From positions 152,633 to 216,632 of the forward strand of contig NZ_JACJSM010000001.1 in NCBI RefSeq assembly GCF_014698145.1: 64,000 bases of DNA. The letters run 5' to 3'. Positions 1 through 9,100 of this stretch are shown here, in pieces. Both the position numbers and the translations under genes were made by a program. Position 1 is the stretch's first letter. Each line of letters opens with the position of its first letter. The notes beneath the pieces are model-generated. The model made no database searches, was not told where the DNA came from, and worked only from the letters and a program-made list of their open reading frames with translations. Source of the stretch: Oscillatoria sp. FACHB-1406 (GTDB lineage: Bacteria; Cyanobacteriota; Cyanobacteriia; Cyanobacteriales; Spirulinaceae).

Positions 1-603
1 CGCACCGCGCTCGACGGCAGCAAATAAGATGCGATCGCGCTCTGGATAGGGAATAAAATCGTTAACAACCAAGTTGGGCGGCGTAAGAACGGTTTTCTTT
101 TCTGTCGTCATATTGAAAAGAATTAAACGCCCTTGTTCTTCGCCCTCCGCACCGATATAGGCGAAGACGCGATCGCGGGTGCTAAACTTGCCCTCAAAGG
201 GCAGAATAGCAGGTCCTTGGGTTTCCTTGGCGCTAAAGCGTTCTCTAGCTCCTTTTAAATCGAGGGCAAATTCGGTTCCGTAAGGCGCAGGCGAGTGGAG
301 TGTATAGGCCATTGTTCGACCTACCCAACTGATTTTACCGCCGAGCGCGGGCTTAAGTGTCAGGTTCTCTTCAACGCTAGCGCGATCCATCGGACGGCTA
401 AAGGTGAGCAAAAAAGCCGTATCCTCCGCACTCACTTTCTTATTTTGCCAGCTAAATTGGCGAACTCTCGGCCCCGCGTGCAACCAGCAGTCGCCCGTAC
501 AAGACGTGCTTCCCCAAGCCATCAACGCAATGGCAACGCTGAGAACGAGGATCGTTAAAAGGGCGACGCGATCGAGAGGGTAAGGAAATTGCGTTCTTTT
601 CAT
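1..603 (-). CDS. partial CDS (N-terminal part only; the rest lies beyond the window edge) for a secreted or exported hypothetical protein with an N-terminal signal/TM segment
   Basis: The minus-strand frame starts at the ATG whose complement is 601-603 and translates as MKRTQFPYPLDRVALLTILVLSVAIALMAWG... The frame stays open to the window edge. The listed plus-strand ORF 295..558 is the antisense artefact. No family recognised. Confidence 0.4.
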   Translation of the reverse strand, partial: MKRTQFPYPLDRVALLTILVLSVAIALMAWGSTSCTGDCWLHAGPRVRQFSWQNKKVSAEDTAFLLTFSRPMDRASVEENLTLKPALGGKISWVGRTMAYTLHSPAPYGTEFALDLKGARERFSAKETQGPAILPFEGKFSTRDRVFAYIGAEGEEQGRLILFNMTTEKKTVLTPPNLVVNDFIPYPERDRILFAAVERGA

Positions 604-816
604 CTTTGCTTGTTGCGTTTAACCCCGCAGGGATTGCAGCAGCTTTGGCAGCAGCTTGAGAATTATCGCGCTATGATTCTACCGCAAACCTTCCACGAGC
701 GTTTGTTCCTTCACGATGAGGCTTGTGGGGGTGGCGTTTCTGGAATTCAAAGCGTTCGGCTTGTAGTTCTAGCTCGGGTATCTTCCCTTCTCGTTTTCTA
801 AGTCGTTGCAGGCAAG

Positions 817-1743
817 ATGGAAACTCTCCTACACAATCCGATTGCAGAAATGTATGGTCCGTCCTTTTTAATCTTATACGGGGGCTTACTGGCGATCGCC
901 TTTTTAGTCAGTCAATTTCTCCGAAAAAAAGAGGATAAAACCGCTCTCCCAATCCCCAAAGTTCCGAGCCAGCCCGATCCCTATCAAATTGCCTATTTAC
1001 GCGGTGGCTCGGTTTATGCGATCGAATTAGTTTGTTTCAGCTTATTGCAGCGCGGTTATCTAGCGTTACAAGGAGAATCCTTCGTTATTTCTACCGAGTC
1101 GCCTTCCCCAGCGGAATTGAACTCTTTAGAACGGACTGTGTTCGATCGCTTTAAAGAGGCGCGATCGCTAGAGGCAATAAGGCAAGATAGAACGCTTAAA
1201 GCTGCTGTCAAAAAGTGTTATCGTCAGTCTACAAAGGACGAACACTTGCTGTTTTCAGAAATGCAGCAAAAAGTCTCCCTAATTTTTCACGCGATCGCCC
1301 TAGCCTTTTTCCTCAGTTTAGCAGGCTATAAAGTTTTGACCGCCTTAATCAACGGACATCACAATATTCAAATATTGAGTTCGATGGCGTTTGTTGCAGC
1401 CTTGTACTTTATTTCGCGTTTGAATAGAGCGCCTGTTCGCTTGACTCAACGCGGCAGCGATTACATCCAGTCAATAAAAATGGCATTTGAGAGCGTAAAA
1501 GTTGAAGCACACTCTCCGGAGCGCTCCAACCTCGCGATCGCGCTTTTTGGTCACTCAAAACTCGTTGGAACTCCCTACGCACAGTATTCAGCATTCTTTC
1601 TTTTTCAAGACAATAAATCTCTTAGCTCTGCTTCCGTTAGTGCGAGCAAAAGAAGTGGAAGTAGCAGCGGGGATAGTAATAGTTGTGGTGGGGGGTGCGG
1701 GAGTAGCTGTAGTGGGGGTTGTGGCGGTTGTGGGGGAGATTAA
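817..1743 (+). CDS. membrane protein with a C-terminal Cys/Gly/Ser-rich low-complexity tail (TIGR04222-like); putative MNIO substrate or precursor
   Basis: ATG start. Hydrophobic N-terminal segment (FLILYGGLLAIAFLV) plus two central TM helices. The C-terminus is SGSSSGDSNSCGGGCGSSCSGGCGGCGGD, with six Cys at CxxxC spacing. A paralogue follows immediately, then a DUF692 gene. Confidence 0.6.
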   Translation: METLLHNPIAEMYGPSFLILYGGLLAIAFLVSQFLRKKEDKTALPIPKVPSQPDPYQIAYLRGGSVYAIELVCFSLLQRGYLALQGESFVISTESPSPAELNSLERTVFDRFKEARSLEAIRQDRTLKAAVKKCYRQSTKDEHLLFSEMQQKVSLIFHAIALAFFLSLAGYKVLTALINGHHNIQILSSMAFVAALYFISRLNRAPVRLTQRGSDYIQSIKMAFESVKVEAHSPERSNLAIALFGHSKLVGTPYAQYSAFFLFQDNKSLSSASVSASKRSGSSSGDSNSCGGGCGSSCSGGCGGCGGD

Positions 1744-1789
1744 TAACTTTTGAAGCTACAATAATTCTGACATCAAAGGTAGGTCAATC

Positions 1790-2719
1790 GTGGAAAACTT
1801 AATTCACAATCCTATTGCTGAAATGTACGGCCCGCATTTTTTAATCTTGTACGGGGCGTTAATCGCGATCGCGGTTTTAGTGACTCAGTTCTTCCGAGAT
1901 GACGCGACAACCGATCTCCTACAGCTTCCAACTCAACCCGATCCTTATGAAGTTGCGTATTTGCGGGGAGGAACTGCTTATGTTTTAGAACTCGCTTGCT
2001 TTAGCTTATTGCAGCGCGGCTACTTAGAACTTCAGAACGAATTGCTCGCACCGCTCTCAACACATCCGCATTTATCAGAACTCAATTCGTTAGAAGAGCG
2101 GGTTTTTAAGACTTTCAATAGTCCCAAAGCGATCGCAACAATTAAGGAAAATCTGGAACTGACAACCGCTTTAGAAAAGCAATATCGCGGACAAGCGATC
2201 GACAAGCAATGGTTTCATTCCGAAGCGAAAAAACGGACGGCGTTTGCTGCGAACGCGATCGCGGTAGGATTTCTGTTGAGCTTGGCTGGTTATAAAATTG
2301 CCGCAGCCTTAATCAACGGACATCGAAATATCGGTTTTTTAATTTTGATGGCGCTCGCAGTAATCTTTTTATTTGCCAACCCTTTTAATCCCTATACTGC
2401 TCCTCGTTTAACTCGACGCGCGCAGTCGTATCTCTCTCGTCTCAAAACTGCTTTTTCCAGCCTAACCGTGGAAGCAGAATCTGCCTATAATTCTCTCCTC
2501 GCGATCGCGTTATTTGGTTCCGCTAAACTCGCCGGAACACCCTACCAAGACTATTCCTCTCTTTTTAACGCGGGATATTCTTATGCTCCCTCCTCATCTC
2601 GTAGCAGCAGCAGTTATAACAGTAGTTGTAGCAGCGGTGGTAGCAGTTGTGGCAGCAGTTGCGGTAGCAGTTGCGGAGGGGGATGTGGCGGCGGTTGTGG
2701 CGGTTGTGGAGGGGGATAA
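1790..2719 (+). CDS. paralogous membrane protein with a C-terminal Cys/Gly/Ser-rich tail (TIGR04222-like); putative MNIO substrate or precursor
   Basis: GTG start with AAAGGTAGG upstream. N-terminus NLIHNPIAEMYGPHFLILYG is almost identical to the upstream paralogue. The tail is SSCSSGGSSCGSSCGSSCGGGCGGGCGGCGGG with seven or more Cys. The stop codon lies 4 nt before the DUF692 start. Confidence 0.6.
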   Translation: MENLIHNPIAEMYGPHFLILYGALIAIAVLVTQFFRDDATTDLLQLPTQPDPYEVAYLRGGTAYVLELACFSLLQRGYLELQNELLAPLSTHPHLSELNSLEERVFKTFNSPKAIATIKENLELTTALEKQYRGQAIDKQWFHSEAKKRTAFAANAIAVGFLLSLAGYKIAAALINGHRNIGFLILMALAVIFLFANPFNPYTAPRLTRRAQSYLSRLKTAFSSLTVEAESAYNSLLAIALFGSAKLAGTPYQDYSSLFNAGYSYAPSSSRSSSSYNSSCSSGGSSCGSSCGSSCGGGCGGGCGGCGGG

Positions 2720-2723
2720 AATA

Positions 2724-3557
2724 GTGTTACCTTCAACACCTTTAGGAATTGGTTTGGGTTATCGAGAACCCTTTCGCAGCGAGCTTTTTTTAAACCGCGA
2801 TTCGGTTGATTTTCTAGAAATTGTTGCCGAACACTATCTCGATCCTAATCCTTTCAAACAGCAAGAACTCGAACTCCTCGCCGCCCATTTTCTCCTCATT
2901 CCCCACGCTCTCAATTTATCAATTGGTAGCGCCGAAGGAATTGATGAAGATTACCTCAAAATTCTCGCTCATTTGATTCGCAAACTCGATCCGCCTTGGT
3001 GGAGCGAACACCTTTGTTTTACCCGCGCGGGTGGTATCGATATCGGGCATCTTTCGCCCCTTCCTTATACTCGCGAAGCAGTAGAAGTTGTTTGTCGTAA
3101 TATCGAAACCGTTCGCCGCCAAATTGACGTTCCTTTAATCCTCGAAAATATTTCCTACTTGGTGACAATTCCCGGTTCGGAGATGACAGAAGCTCAATTT
3201 ATTGGCGAAGTTGCCGATCGTGCAGAGATCGGAATTCTCCTCGACGCAACTAATTTATACACCAATTCTATAAACCATAGTTATGATATAAAAAACTTTT
3301 TATCGCAACTCCCATTAGAACGAATTGTGCAACTTCATTTCGTCGGCGGTTACTGGAACAATGGCATCTTAATTGACAGTCATTCCCACGCCACACCAAT
3401 AGAAGTTTGGGAGTTAATGGCAGAAATTATTGCAAGCGCTCCCGTGCGATGTGTTGTCTTAGAACGCGATGAAAATTTACCGCATTTTGCTGAAATATTA
3501 ACTGAGTTAGAACGCGCGCGGCAGATTTTTAAGTTTTCTGAGGATAAACAAGTTTAA
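2724..3557 (+). CDS. DUF692 family multinuclear non-heme iron oxidase (MNIO; MbnB/TglH/BufB-like)
   Basis: Motifs align with MbnB: FLEIVAEHYL (cf. ELLIDNFH), SEHLCF (cf. SDHI), ILENISYL (cf. FLENYP), ILLDATNLY (cf. LFDASN), LHFVGGY (cf. FHVAGY) and VLERDENLP...ARQIF (cf. YERDFD...LRDIF). The start is probably GTG at 2724; the listed ORF start at 2514 runs through the overlap with the upstream gene in another frame. Confidence 0.85.
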   Translation: MLPSTPLGIGLGYREPFRSELFLNRDSVDFLEIVAEHYLDPNPFKQQELELLAAHFLLIPHALNLSIGSAEGIDEDYLKILAHLIRKLDPPWWSEHLCFTRAGGIDIGHLSPLPYTREAVEVVCRNIETVRRQIDVPLILENISYLVTIPGSEMTEAQFIGEVADRAEIGILLDATNLYTNSINHSYDIKNFLSQLPLERIVQLHFVGGYWNNGILIDSHSHATPIEVWELMAEIIASAPVRCVVLERDENLPHFAEILTELERARQIFKFSEDKQV

Positions 3558-3599
3558 GGATTTGAATGCCATTTCCTATAAGTTTTGCACTAAATTTTA

Positions 3600-3628
3600 C
3601 CGTAGGGGCATAACAGTGTTATGCCCTT
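3600..3628. repeat. REP-like palindrome GTAGGGGCATAACAGTGTTATGCCC (family C), inserted between the MNIO gene and its partner gene
   Basis: Same palindromic motif as the REPs flanking the RAYT at 37390-37418 and 38097-38123 and within the tandem array at 36595-37339. Confidence 0.7.
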
Positions 3629-3744
3629 AGCCTGGGGAACAATCCAAGCTCCATGAGAAATGGTGTAAGAACCACAAAGACACAAAGGACACAAAGTAAG
3701 AGCGCGGGTATTTCACCGATGAGGCAAGAAGGAGCATTTAATAC

Positions 3745-4332
3745 ATGGTAAACTCGCAAAATTTAGCCAAAACGCAACAGTTTTTAGCTCGACTTTATAC
3801 CAATCGTCAATTGCGCGAAGATTTTTTTACTAATCCTCCTGATGTGGCACGAAAATGGGGTATAGAAGAAGGATCGATTCAACAATTATCTACCTTAGAT
3901 CGCGCGCAAGTTGAATTTTTCGCGAGTTCCTTAATCTCTAAACGTTTAAACCAAGTTAGCAAATTTTTGCCTTTAACTCAAAAAGCTTTAGGGCGAGATT
4001 TTTCTCGTCTCTTTGTAGACTACGCCGAAACCTATTCACCTTCAGGGATTAAAAAACATTGGCAGGATGCTTTAGCGTTTTGCGACTTTTTACAACAAAC
4101 TCCTTTTGAGAAAGATTGGTGGTACGATGTCGTGCGTTACGAACGGGAAAATTTGCGACGCTTGGATTCAAAACTGCAATTTTGCTGTTATCGATCGCGC
4201 TATGCAATCCAACCTTTAATTGAAAGCTTGCAAAAATCCTCAGAAACTCCTGTTTTGATTCAAAAACCAACTTGGGTTGTGGAATTTAAAATTGGAGAAT
4301 TTTCATCAAACTTCAGGAAGAATATGGTTTAA
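3745..4332 (+). CDS. putative MNIO partner protein (MbnC/DUF2063-like role inferred from position)
   Basis: 195 aa, same strand, directly downstream of the DUF692 gene. MNIOs usually act with a small partner protein. The family assignment is not certain from sequence alone. Confidence 0.4.
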   Translation: MVNSQNLAKTQQFLARLYTNRQLREDFFTNPPDVARKWGIEEGSIQQLSTLDRAQVEFFASSLISKRLNQVSKFLPLTQKALGRDFSRLFVDYAETYSPSGIKKHWQDALAFCDFLQQTPFEKDWWYDVVRYERENLRRLDSKLQFCCYRSRYAIQPLIESLQKSSETPVLIQKPTWVVEFKIGEFSSNFRKNMV

Positions 4333-4488
4333 TTCTAAGAGTTCGGGAACAATATTCCTTAATTTCTGCACTAAAGCTTCGAGAGAATCAGCCTCAGTCA
4401 CTAAACCCGGTACGTCTTCACTTGTTGCAGTCCATACCCGAACTTCTGGATCCCAAAAGGCTTTCATCTGACAAGCGATCTTGTTCAT
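4306..4488 (-). CDS. HicB-like antitoxin domain protein (DUF1902-like)
   Basis: 60 aa containing KAFWDPEVRVWTATSEDVPGLVTEADSLEALVQKL, typical of DUF1902/HicB-like proteins. Convergent with the preceding gene and overlapping its 3' end by 27 nt. No adjacent HicA seen. Confidence 0.4.
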   Translation of the reverse strand: MNKIACQMKAFWDPEVRVWTATSEDVPGLVTEADSLEALVQKLRNIVPELLELNHILPEV

Positions 4489-4596
4489 TATCCTTATGAA
4501 TTGTTTTCAAGTTCTAGGTTAGCAAATTCTCAGAAGAGATGGAGCGGATAAAGATGTTGGTTAGAGCGAAATTCTAGCCAACAAGTCTGTCAATTC

Positions 4597-5991
4597 TCAA
4601 ACGCAAATTTGCTCCAAAGTTTGGAAGAATTCGGGGTAAGAAATGGAAGCAGCTTCGGCGCGGCGAACGGTGGTTTCTCCCTTGGCGCGGAGGGCTGCGA
4701 TCGCGAAACTCATGGCAATCCGATGGTCGGTATAACTGTCCATTTCTGCCCCGGTTAAATTCGCTCCGCCGCTAATTTCTAAGCCATCCGGCAACTCGCT
4801 AACCGTTGCACCCATGCGGTTGAGGTGGGCGGCAGTTACGGCAAGGCGATCGCTCTCCTTCACTCGCAATTCTGCCGCATCTCGAATTTGGGTCGTCCCT
4901 TGCGCAGCGATCGCAGCAACTGCTAAAATAGGGATCTCATCGATTAACCTAGGGATAATCTGGCCGGAAATCGTGCACCCCTTCAACTTGCTATAGCGCG
5001 CGCGCAAATCTGCTACGGGTTCCCCCGCTACCAAGCGTTCGTTTTCCAACGTAATATCGCCTCCCATCTCGCCCAACGCTTCGAGGATTCCGGTGCGAGT
5101 CGGGTTCACACCGACATTTTCCACCACTAATTCCGAACCCGGTACAATCGCCGCAGCCACCAGCCAGAAAGCCGCCGAACTGATATCACCGGGAACAATA
5201 ACGTGCTGCCCTTTTAACTCGCCTTCCTGCCCGTAAATCCCGACGCTATTGGTACGGGTATCGACTTCAAGTTTAGCCCCAAAGGCTTGCAACATTCGTT
5301 CGCTATGGTCGCGGGAGAGGGCGGGTTCGGTAACGGTAGTCTTACCGGAGGCAGAAAGTCCGGCGAGTAGCAAGCAAGATTTAACTTGTGCCGAGGCAAT
5401 GGGAGAGATGTAATGAATGCCTTTGAGTTGTTGCCCTCTGACGGCCAGAGGAGCGAGAGTATCGCCGTTTCTGCCCCAAATTTCCGCCCCCATTTGTCGC
5501 AGGGGTTGGATGACGCGAGACATGGGACGAGAGCGTAAGGAATTATCCCCTGTAACGGTAAAGAAGCGATCGCGACTCGCCGCCAATAGCCCCAACATCA
5601 ACCGCAGCGTCGTTCCCGAATTGCCCGCATTGAGGACATCTTGGGGTTCCTGCAACTGTCCCAAGCCAATCCCTTTAACCGTGACTTTCGCTTCGTTTAA
5701 CTCGGAGATTTCCGCCCCCATCGCCCGGAAACAAGCAGCCGTACTGCGGGGATCCTCGCCCAATAATAACCCTTCAATGGTCGTTTCTCCCGACGCGATC
5801 GCGCCCAACATCAACGCCCGATGCGAAATCGACTTATCCCCCGGCACGCGAATGCGCCCTTGTAGCGACAGATTCGGGGAGGGCGTAACGATTAAATCTT
5901 GATGGTTTTCTCGGGATTGAAGCGTAACGACAGCCATGAGTGGGGAGATAACATAAGGAGCATCGCCGATTTTATCCCATTTTGAGACCAA
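4597..5991 (-). CDS. aroA: 3-phosphoshikimate 1-carboxyvinyltransferase (EPSP synthase)
   Basis: [36 protein letters not shown] and the general EPSP synthase architecture. The true start may be the internal Met (MAVVTLQS). Confidence 0.9.
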   Translation of the reverse strand: MVSKWDKIGDAPYVISPLMAVVTLQSRENHQDLIVTPSPNLSLQGRIRVPGDKSISHRALMLGAIASGETTIEGLLLGEDPRSTAACFRAMGAEISELNEAKVTVKGIGLGQLQEPQDVLNAGNSGTTLRLMLGLLAASRDRFFTVTGDNSLRSRPMSRVIQPLRQMGAEIWGRNGDTLAPLAVRGQQLKGIHYISPIASAQVKSCLLLAGLSASGKTTVTEPALSRDHSERMLQAFGAKLEVDTRTNSVGIYGQEGELKGQHVIVPGDISSAAFWLVAAAIVPGSELVVENVGVNPTRTGILEALGEMGGDITLENERLVAGEPVADLRARYSKLKGCTISGQIIPRLIDEIPILAVAAIAAQGTTQIRDAAELRVKESDRLAVTAAHLNRMGATVSELPDGLEISGGANLTGAEMDSYTDHRIAMSFAIAALRAKGETTVRRAEAASISYPEFFQTLEQICV

Positions 5992-6121
5992 GGCTTGGCA
6001 ATCCCGTAGGGTGTGGAGCGCGAAGCGTAACGCACCATTCCCGTACCATTCCCACTCCGAGAGGTTTTGACGATCGTTTTCCGTAAATTATCATAGAGCA
6101 AGACTCTACACCGACCGCTAG

Positions 6122-9100
6122 ATGACCGACGCGCCCTGCGAAGCAGCACGAAGTCCCGACTTTCAACCCTACTTACAAGCCATCCGCCAACGTTACGAGC
6201 GCTGGTGGGAAGTTTATAGCGTAACCGATGTCCGAGGGCGAGAAAACTGCCCGCCTTCCGCCCCTCCCTACGGCAAAAATTCCTCATCCCCCTTCGACTT
6301 TGGGTTGACGGTGCAAGTGGTAACGCCAGAAGAGAAGCGCCCGCAGCAACCTCTACCTGTATTAGAAAGGTTGCGGAAGTATGTCTTTGACGAAAAGACG
6401 CGGCATCTGCTTTTAGTAGGAAGACCGGGATCGGGGAAATCGACAGCTTTAGCGCGATTGCTGTTGGAAGAGAGCAACGCAACTTCGGGCGTAATTCCCG
6501 TGCTGGTGGAATTGCGTTATTGGCAGACTTCCATCGAAGCGCTGATTCTCGATTTCTTTGGCCAGCACGGGTTGAAATTGAACGAAACGCAACTGGAAAC
6601 TCTGCTGGTAGAAAAGCGTTTCCTGCTGCTGATGGATGGCATCAACGAATTATCCTCAGAAACAGCGCGATCGCAATTAAACACCTTTCGGCAAACCTAT
6701 CGACAACTTCCCATCATCTTTACCACGCGGGATTTAAGCTTAGGCGGCGATTTCGGCATTGAGAAGAAATTGGAAATGCAACGCCTAACGGAACCGCAGA
6801 TACAGGCTTTTGTCCGCGCCTATTTGTCCGAACCAGGGGAAGAATTATTGCGGCAGTCACAGGGAAAATTGCGGCAGTTTGGCGAAACGCCCTTGCTGTT
6901 GTGGATGCTGTGCGAAGTGTTTCAGCAAAGTCCTCAAGCGCAATTACCGAGGAACTTGGGCGGAATTTTTCAGGTGTTTGCGCGCTCTTATGAAAACAGT
7001 AGCGTGCGAAAACACGAAGTTGCTCCTTTGAAAGGGGATACTAAACCCTTGTCGGAGCGAAAATTGTGGGCGAAAGCGCTGGAGCATTTGGCGGGATTGA
7101 TGGTGCGCGGCAAAAATTCCGTTGAGTTGGAAGTGACGATTGAGCGGCAAGTAGCAGAACGAGAACTCGAAGGACTCTTTCAGGGCGAACCCTTTCCCCC
7201 GAAAACAGCGCGCGATTGTTTGGATGATTTGCTCAAATATCACCTCTTGCAAATGAAAGTCGAAGATAAAATCGAGTTTCTGCACCAATTGATTCAAGAA
7301 TATTATGCAGCCGAGGCATTATTGGCGCGGTTGCCAGAGTTGAGCGATGCGGAGTTGAAGCGGGATTATCTCAATTATCTGAAGTGGACGGAACCTGTGG
7401 CGTTGATGTTGGGGTTAGTTGGGGATGAGACGCAGGCGCTGCGGGTGGTGCGGTTGGCGTTGGAGGTGGATTGGAGGTTGGGAGCGCGATTGGCGGGGGA
7501 GGTGAAACGGGATTTTCAGGAACAGACGGTGGGAATTGTAACGGCGTTGGATGTGCCGCAGGGGTTGAAGTGGGAGTTGTGGGTGGAAACGCGATCTGAT
7601 GTTGCTGTTTCGGAATTGGTTAATGCAGGTGAAGATGAATCCTCCTGGGTGCGTCAGAGGGCGGCAGAGGTGTTAGGGAAACTGGGTTCAGAGGCCGCGA
7701 TACCGGGTTTGCTCTCTGCTGTGCGTGGAAGTGTGGTAGAAGCATTAGGAAAACTGGGTTCGGAGGCGGCGATACCGCGTTTGCTCTCTGCTCTCGAAGA
7801 TGAAGACTCCTGGGTGCGCAAAAGTGCGGTAGAAGCATTAGGAAAACTGGGTTTAGAAGCCGCGATACCGGGTTTGCTCTCTGCTCTCGAAGATGAAGAC
7901 TCCTGGGTGCGTGAAAGTGCGGTAAAAGCGTTAGGAAAACTGGGTTCAGAAGCCGCGATACCAGGTTTACTCTGGACTCTCGAAGATGAAGATTACCGTG
8001 TGCGTGAAAGTGCGGTAAAAGCATTAGGAAAACTGGGTTCGGAGGCGGCGATACCGGGTTTACTCTGGGCTCTCGAATATGAAGACTCCGATGGGCGTGA
8101 AAGTACGGTAGAAACGTTAGGGAAACTGGGTTCAGAAGCCGCGATACCAGGTTTACTCTGGACTCTCGAAGATGAAGATTACCGTGTGCGTGAAAGTGCG
8201 GTAAAAGCATTAGGAAAACTGGGTTCGGAGGCGGCGATACCGGGTTTACTCTGGGCTCTCGAAAATGAATCCTCCCTGGTGCGTGAAAGTGCGGTAAAAG
8301 CGTTAGGAAAACTGGGTTCAGAAGCCGCGATACCGGGTTTGCTCTTTGCTCTCGAAGATGAATCCTCCCGGGTGCGTGAAAGTGCGGTAGAAGCGATAGG
8401 AAAACTGGGTTCGGAGGAAGTGATACCGGGTTTGCTCTCTGCTCTCAAAGATGAAGATGACTTGGTGAGCATGAGGGCGGTAGAAGCGATAGGAGAACTG
8501 CATTCAGATGCGGCGATACCGGGTTTGCTCTGTGCTCTCGAAGATGAATCATACTGTGTGTACAAAAGGGCGGTAGAAGCGTTAGGAAAACTGGGTTCGG
8601 AGGCAGCGATAACGGTTTTGTTTCAGGTTCTTGAAAATCAAGACCCAGCAAGGTGTTTGCACGCAGCAGAAGCATTGTGGCATTTTAGTTTAAATGCCAC
8701 AATATTAGGTTTGATCGAAAGTCTTAAAAATCCACACTTTTTTGTGCGTTGGAGTGCGGTTCAAGCTTTAGAAAAAATAGGATTAGAAACGGCTATAATA
8801 GGGACAATCGAAGGTCTTAAAGATCGAAGCTTTTTGATTCGCTGGTATTCGTTAGAAATTCTATGGCAGATTAGTTTAAATATTGAAATTTTCGATCTGC
8901 TTCATTTTTTTGAAAATTACGAATCGAGCGAGTGGGAATATCTAAAAGAGTTATACAAAGACCAGTGCAAAGAAAAGTTAATAATGGGTTTTCTCAAAGA
9001 CCTTGATAGACCAGAATATTTCCTTCGCTGGAGTGCTGTGAAGGCATTAGGAAAATTGCCTTCCAAAACAGGAATTCCAGGTTTAGTAAAAAGTCTTAAA

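Noticed and set aside
295-558. 87-aa plus-strand ORF at the window start
   Set aside because: A longer, coherent minus-strand frame (signal peptide, open to the window edge) covers it; this ORF is the antisense artefact.
2514-2723. Upstream extension of the DUF692 ORF (MVPLNSPEHP...VAVAEGD)
   Set aside because: This segment overlaps the Cys/Gly tail of the upstream gene in another frame and encodes low-complexity Ala/Val. The DUF692 homology begins at the GTG at 2724.
5892-6482. 196-aa minus-strand ORF spanning the aroA/NACHT spacer
   Set aside because: Overlaps the N-terminus of aroA and the 5' end of the NACHT gene, and has no recognisable features.
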